DNA of 64,000 nucleotides from Octopus sinensis (Eukaryota): NCBI RefSeq assembly GCF_006345805.1, contig NC_043018.1, positions 20,274,001 to 20,338,000 of the forward strand, read 5' to 3'. Shown piece by piece: positions 62,637 to 64,000 of this stretch (position 1 is its first letter; each line of letters starts with the position of its first letter). The notes under the pieces were generated by a model. It saw only the letters and a program-made list of their open reading frames with translations, ran no database searches and was not told where the DNA came from. The position numbers and the translations under genes were made by a program.

Positions 62637-62960
62637 CATATATATACATACATACATAAATATATTATATATATATTTATTTACACACATATCTTTACAT
62701 ATACAGATATACACACACACATGTACATGTACATACATATACATGCATATATATATTACACAGATACATGCAGATCTATCTATCTATCTATATATATATA
62801 TATACATACATATATATATATATATATACATATACATTATACATGCATATATTATGTACATATATATATATTATATATATATATAATATATATAATGTAT
62901 ATATATTATATACATATATATATGTATATTATATATACATGTATACCCACACATACTCAA
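62440..62960. repeat. (TA)/(CA) compound microsatellite
   Basis: Seen directly. Confidence 0.95.
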
Positions 62961-63489
62961 ACACACACATGCATATATATCAAACAATTACAGAAAGAAT
63001 AGTCTCCAGGCATCGCACTGTTCTTTTCTCTTTGAGTCAAACAGAACCAATTCTTATCGGACCAGTCTATATTCTTGCTATTTCATTTATTTTTAAATTC
63101 TTTTCTTTCTTCATATTATTATTGTTATTATTATTATTATTATTGTTATTAGTTATTATCATAATTAATATTAACATTATAATTATTATTATTATTATTA
63201 TTAATATAATTTCCTTTTTTTTTTTTTTGTTACAAAAGCTGAGATGAACTTAAAAACCCAAAAAATGGAAGGAAGAGAGAGAGAGAGAGAGATTTAAAGA
63301 GTGAGCATTCTACCGAATTACTTCTCAAGTCAATTTGGGATCGGGAGGGGGTCTTATTATTTTTTTTTTTTTTTTTAGTACAAACAACACTTTTTTTTGG
63401 TGGGGGAGCAAAACTCCCAGCACCCAAGTCAATTTAGTTACCAACGGAAAAAAATTTGTAGATGTGTGTGTGTGTGTGTTGTGGTATGC

Positions 63490-63542
63490 ATAATATATAT
63501 ATATATTATATATATATATATATATTATATATATACATATAC

Positions 63543-63589
<47 letters not shown>

Positions 63590-63841
63590 ATATATATAAT
63601 ATATATATATATACATATATATACATATATATATACATGTATATATGTATATATATTATATATATATATACATATATATTACATTTATATATACATATAT
63701 ATATACATATATATATACATATTATATATACATATATATATACATATATATATAGATACATATATATACATATGTATATACATATATATACATATATATA
63801 TATATCTATATATATACATATATATATCATATATATAATAC

Positions 63842-63878
<37 letters not shown>

Positions 63879-63900
63879 GATATGTAATATATATGTGTAT
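63490..63900. repeat. (TA)n-rich microsatellite
   Basis: Seen directly. Confidence 0.95.
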
Positions 63901-64000
63901 ATTTGTGTGTAGATTTGTAAGGATTGAAATATTTTCAGGAAAGAAAAATAAATAAGATGGCTTGTAGCCAATTTATCTTCCAATATAATAATTGTGAAGT

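Noticed and set aside
39641-63983. Many Y/I/C/H/T-rich ORFs at 39.6-41.5, 59.0-59.6, 62.2-63.2 and 63.5-64.0 kb
   Set aside because: Translations of (TA)n, (CA)n and (TATG)n microsatellites.

Overview
AT-rich, repeat-dense eukaryotic DNA. The tRNA-derived SINE families, RTE/CR1 LINEs and long (TA)/(TG)/(TATG) microsatellites point to an octopus (coleoid cephalopod); this is inferred from repeat content. The one confidently identified gene is MGAT2 (N-acetylglucosaminyltransferase II, GT16) on the + strand. Six coding exons (1202-1301, 3453-3583, 14768-14843, 20515-20604, 28678-28802, 30539-30794) join in frame through GT-AG sites and give the catalytic C-terminal part; the 5' exons lie left of the window. 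The rest is mostly nested mobile DNA: at least four SINE or LINE-tail families, three RTE lineages, CR1, an RLE-type non-LTR element, Helitrons, mariner, piggyBac/hAT/Merlin-like MITEs and Penelope-like relics. Best leads: (1) a hand-assembled micro-exon gene at 37.1-41.6 kb that could encode a small Cys-rich peptide resembling ShK toxin, with a decayed duplicate exon; (2) a PHD-type zinc finger inside the reverse transcriptase of an RTE LINE, conserved in two diverged copies; (3) Tyr in place of the conserved His after the MGAT2 EED motif; (4) minimal hammerhead-like motifs and several 90-150 bp fold-back hairpins in or near the MGAT2 transcript; (5) an RTE copy with a twin-priming-like inversion. 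All work was by eye with no searches run. Repeat boundaries are approximate (about 10-20 bp); exon boundaries were counted base by base.
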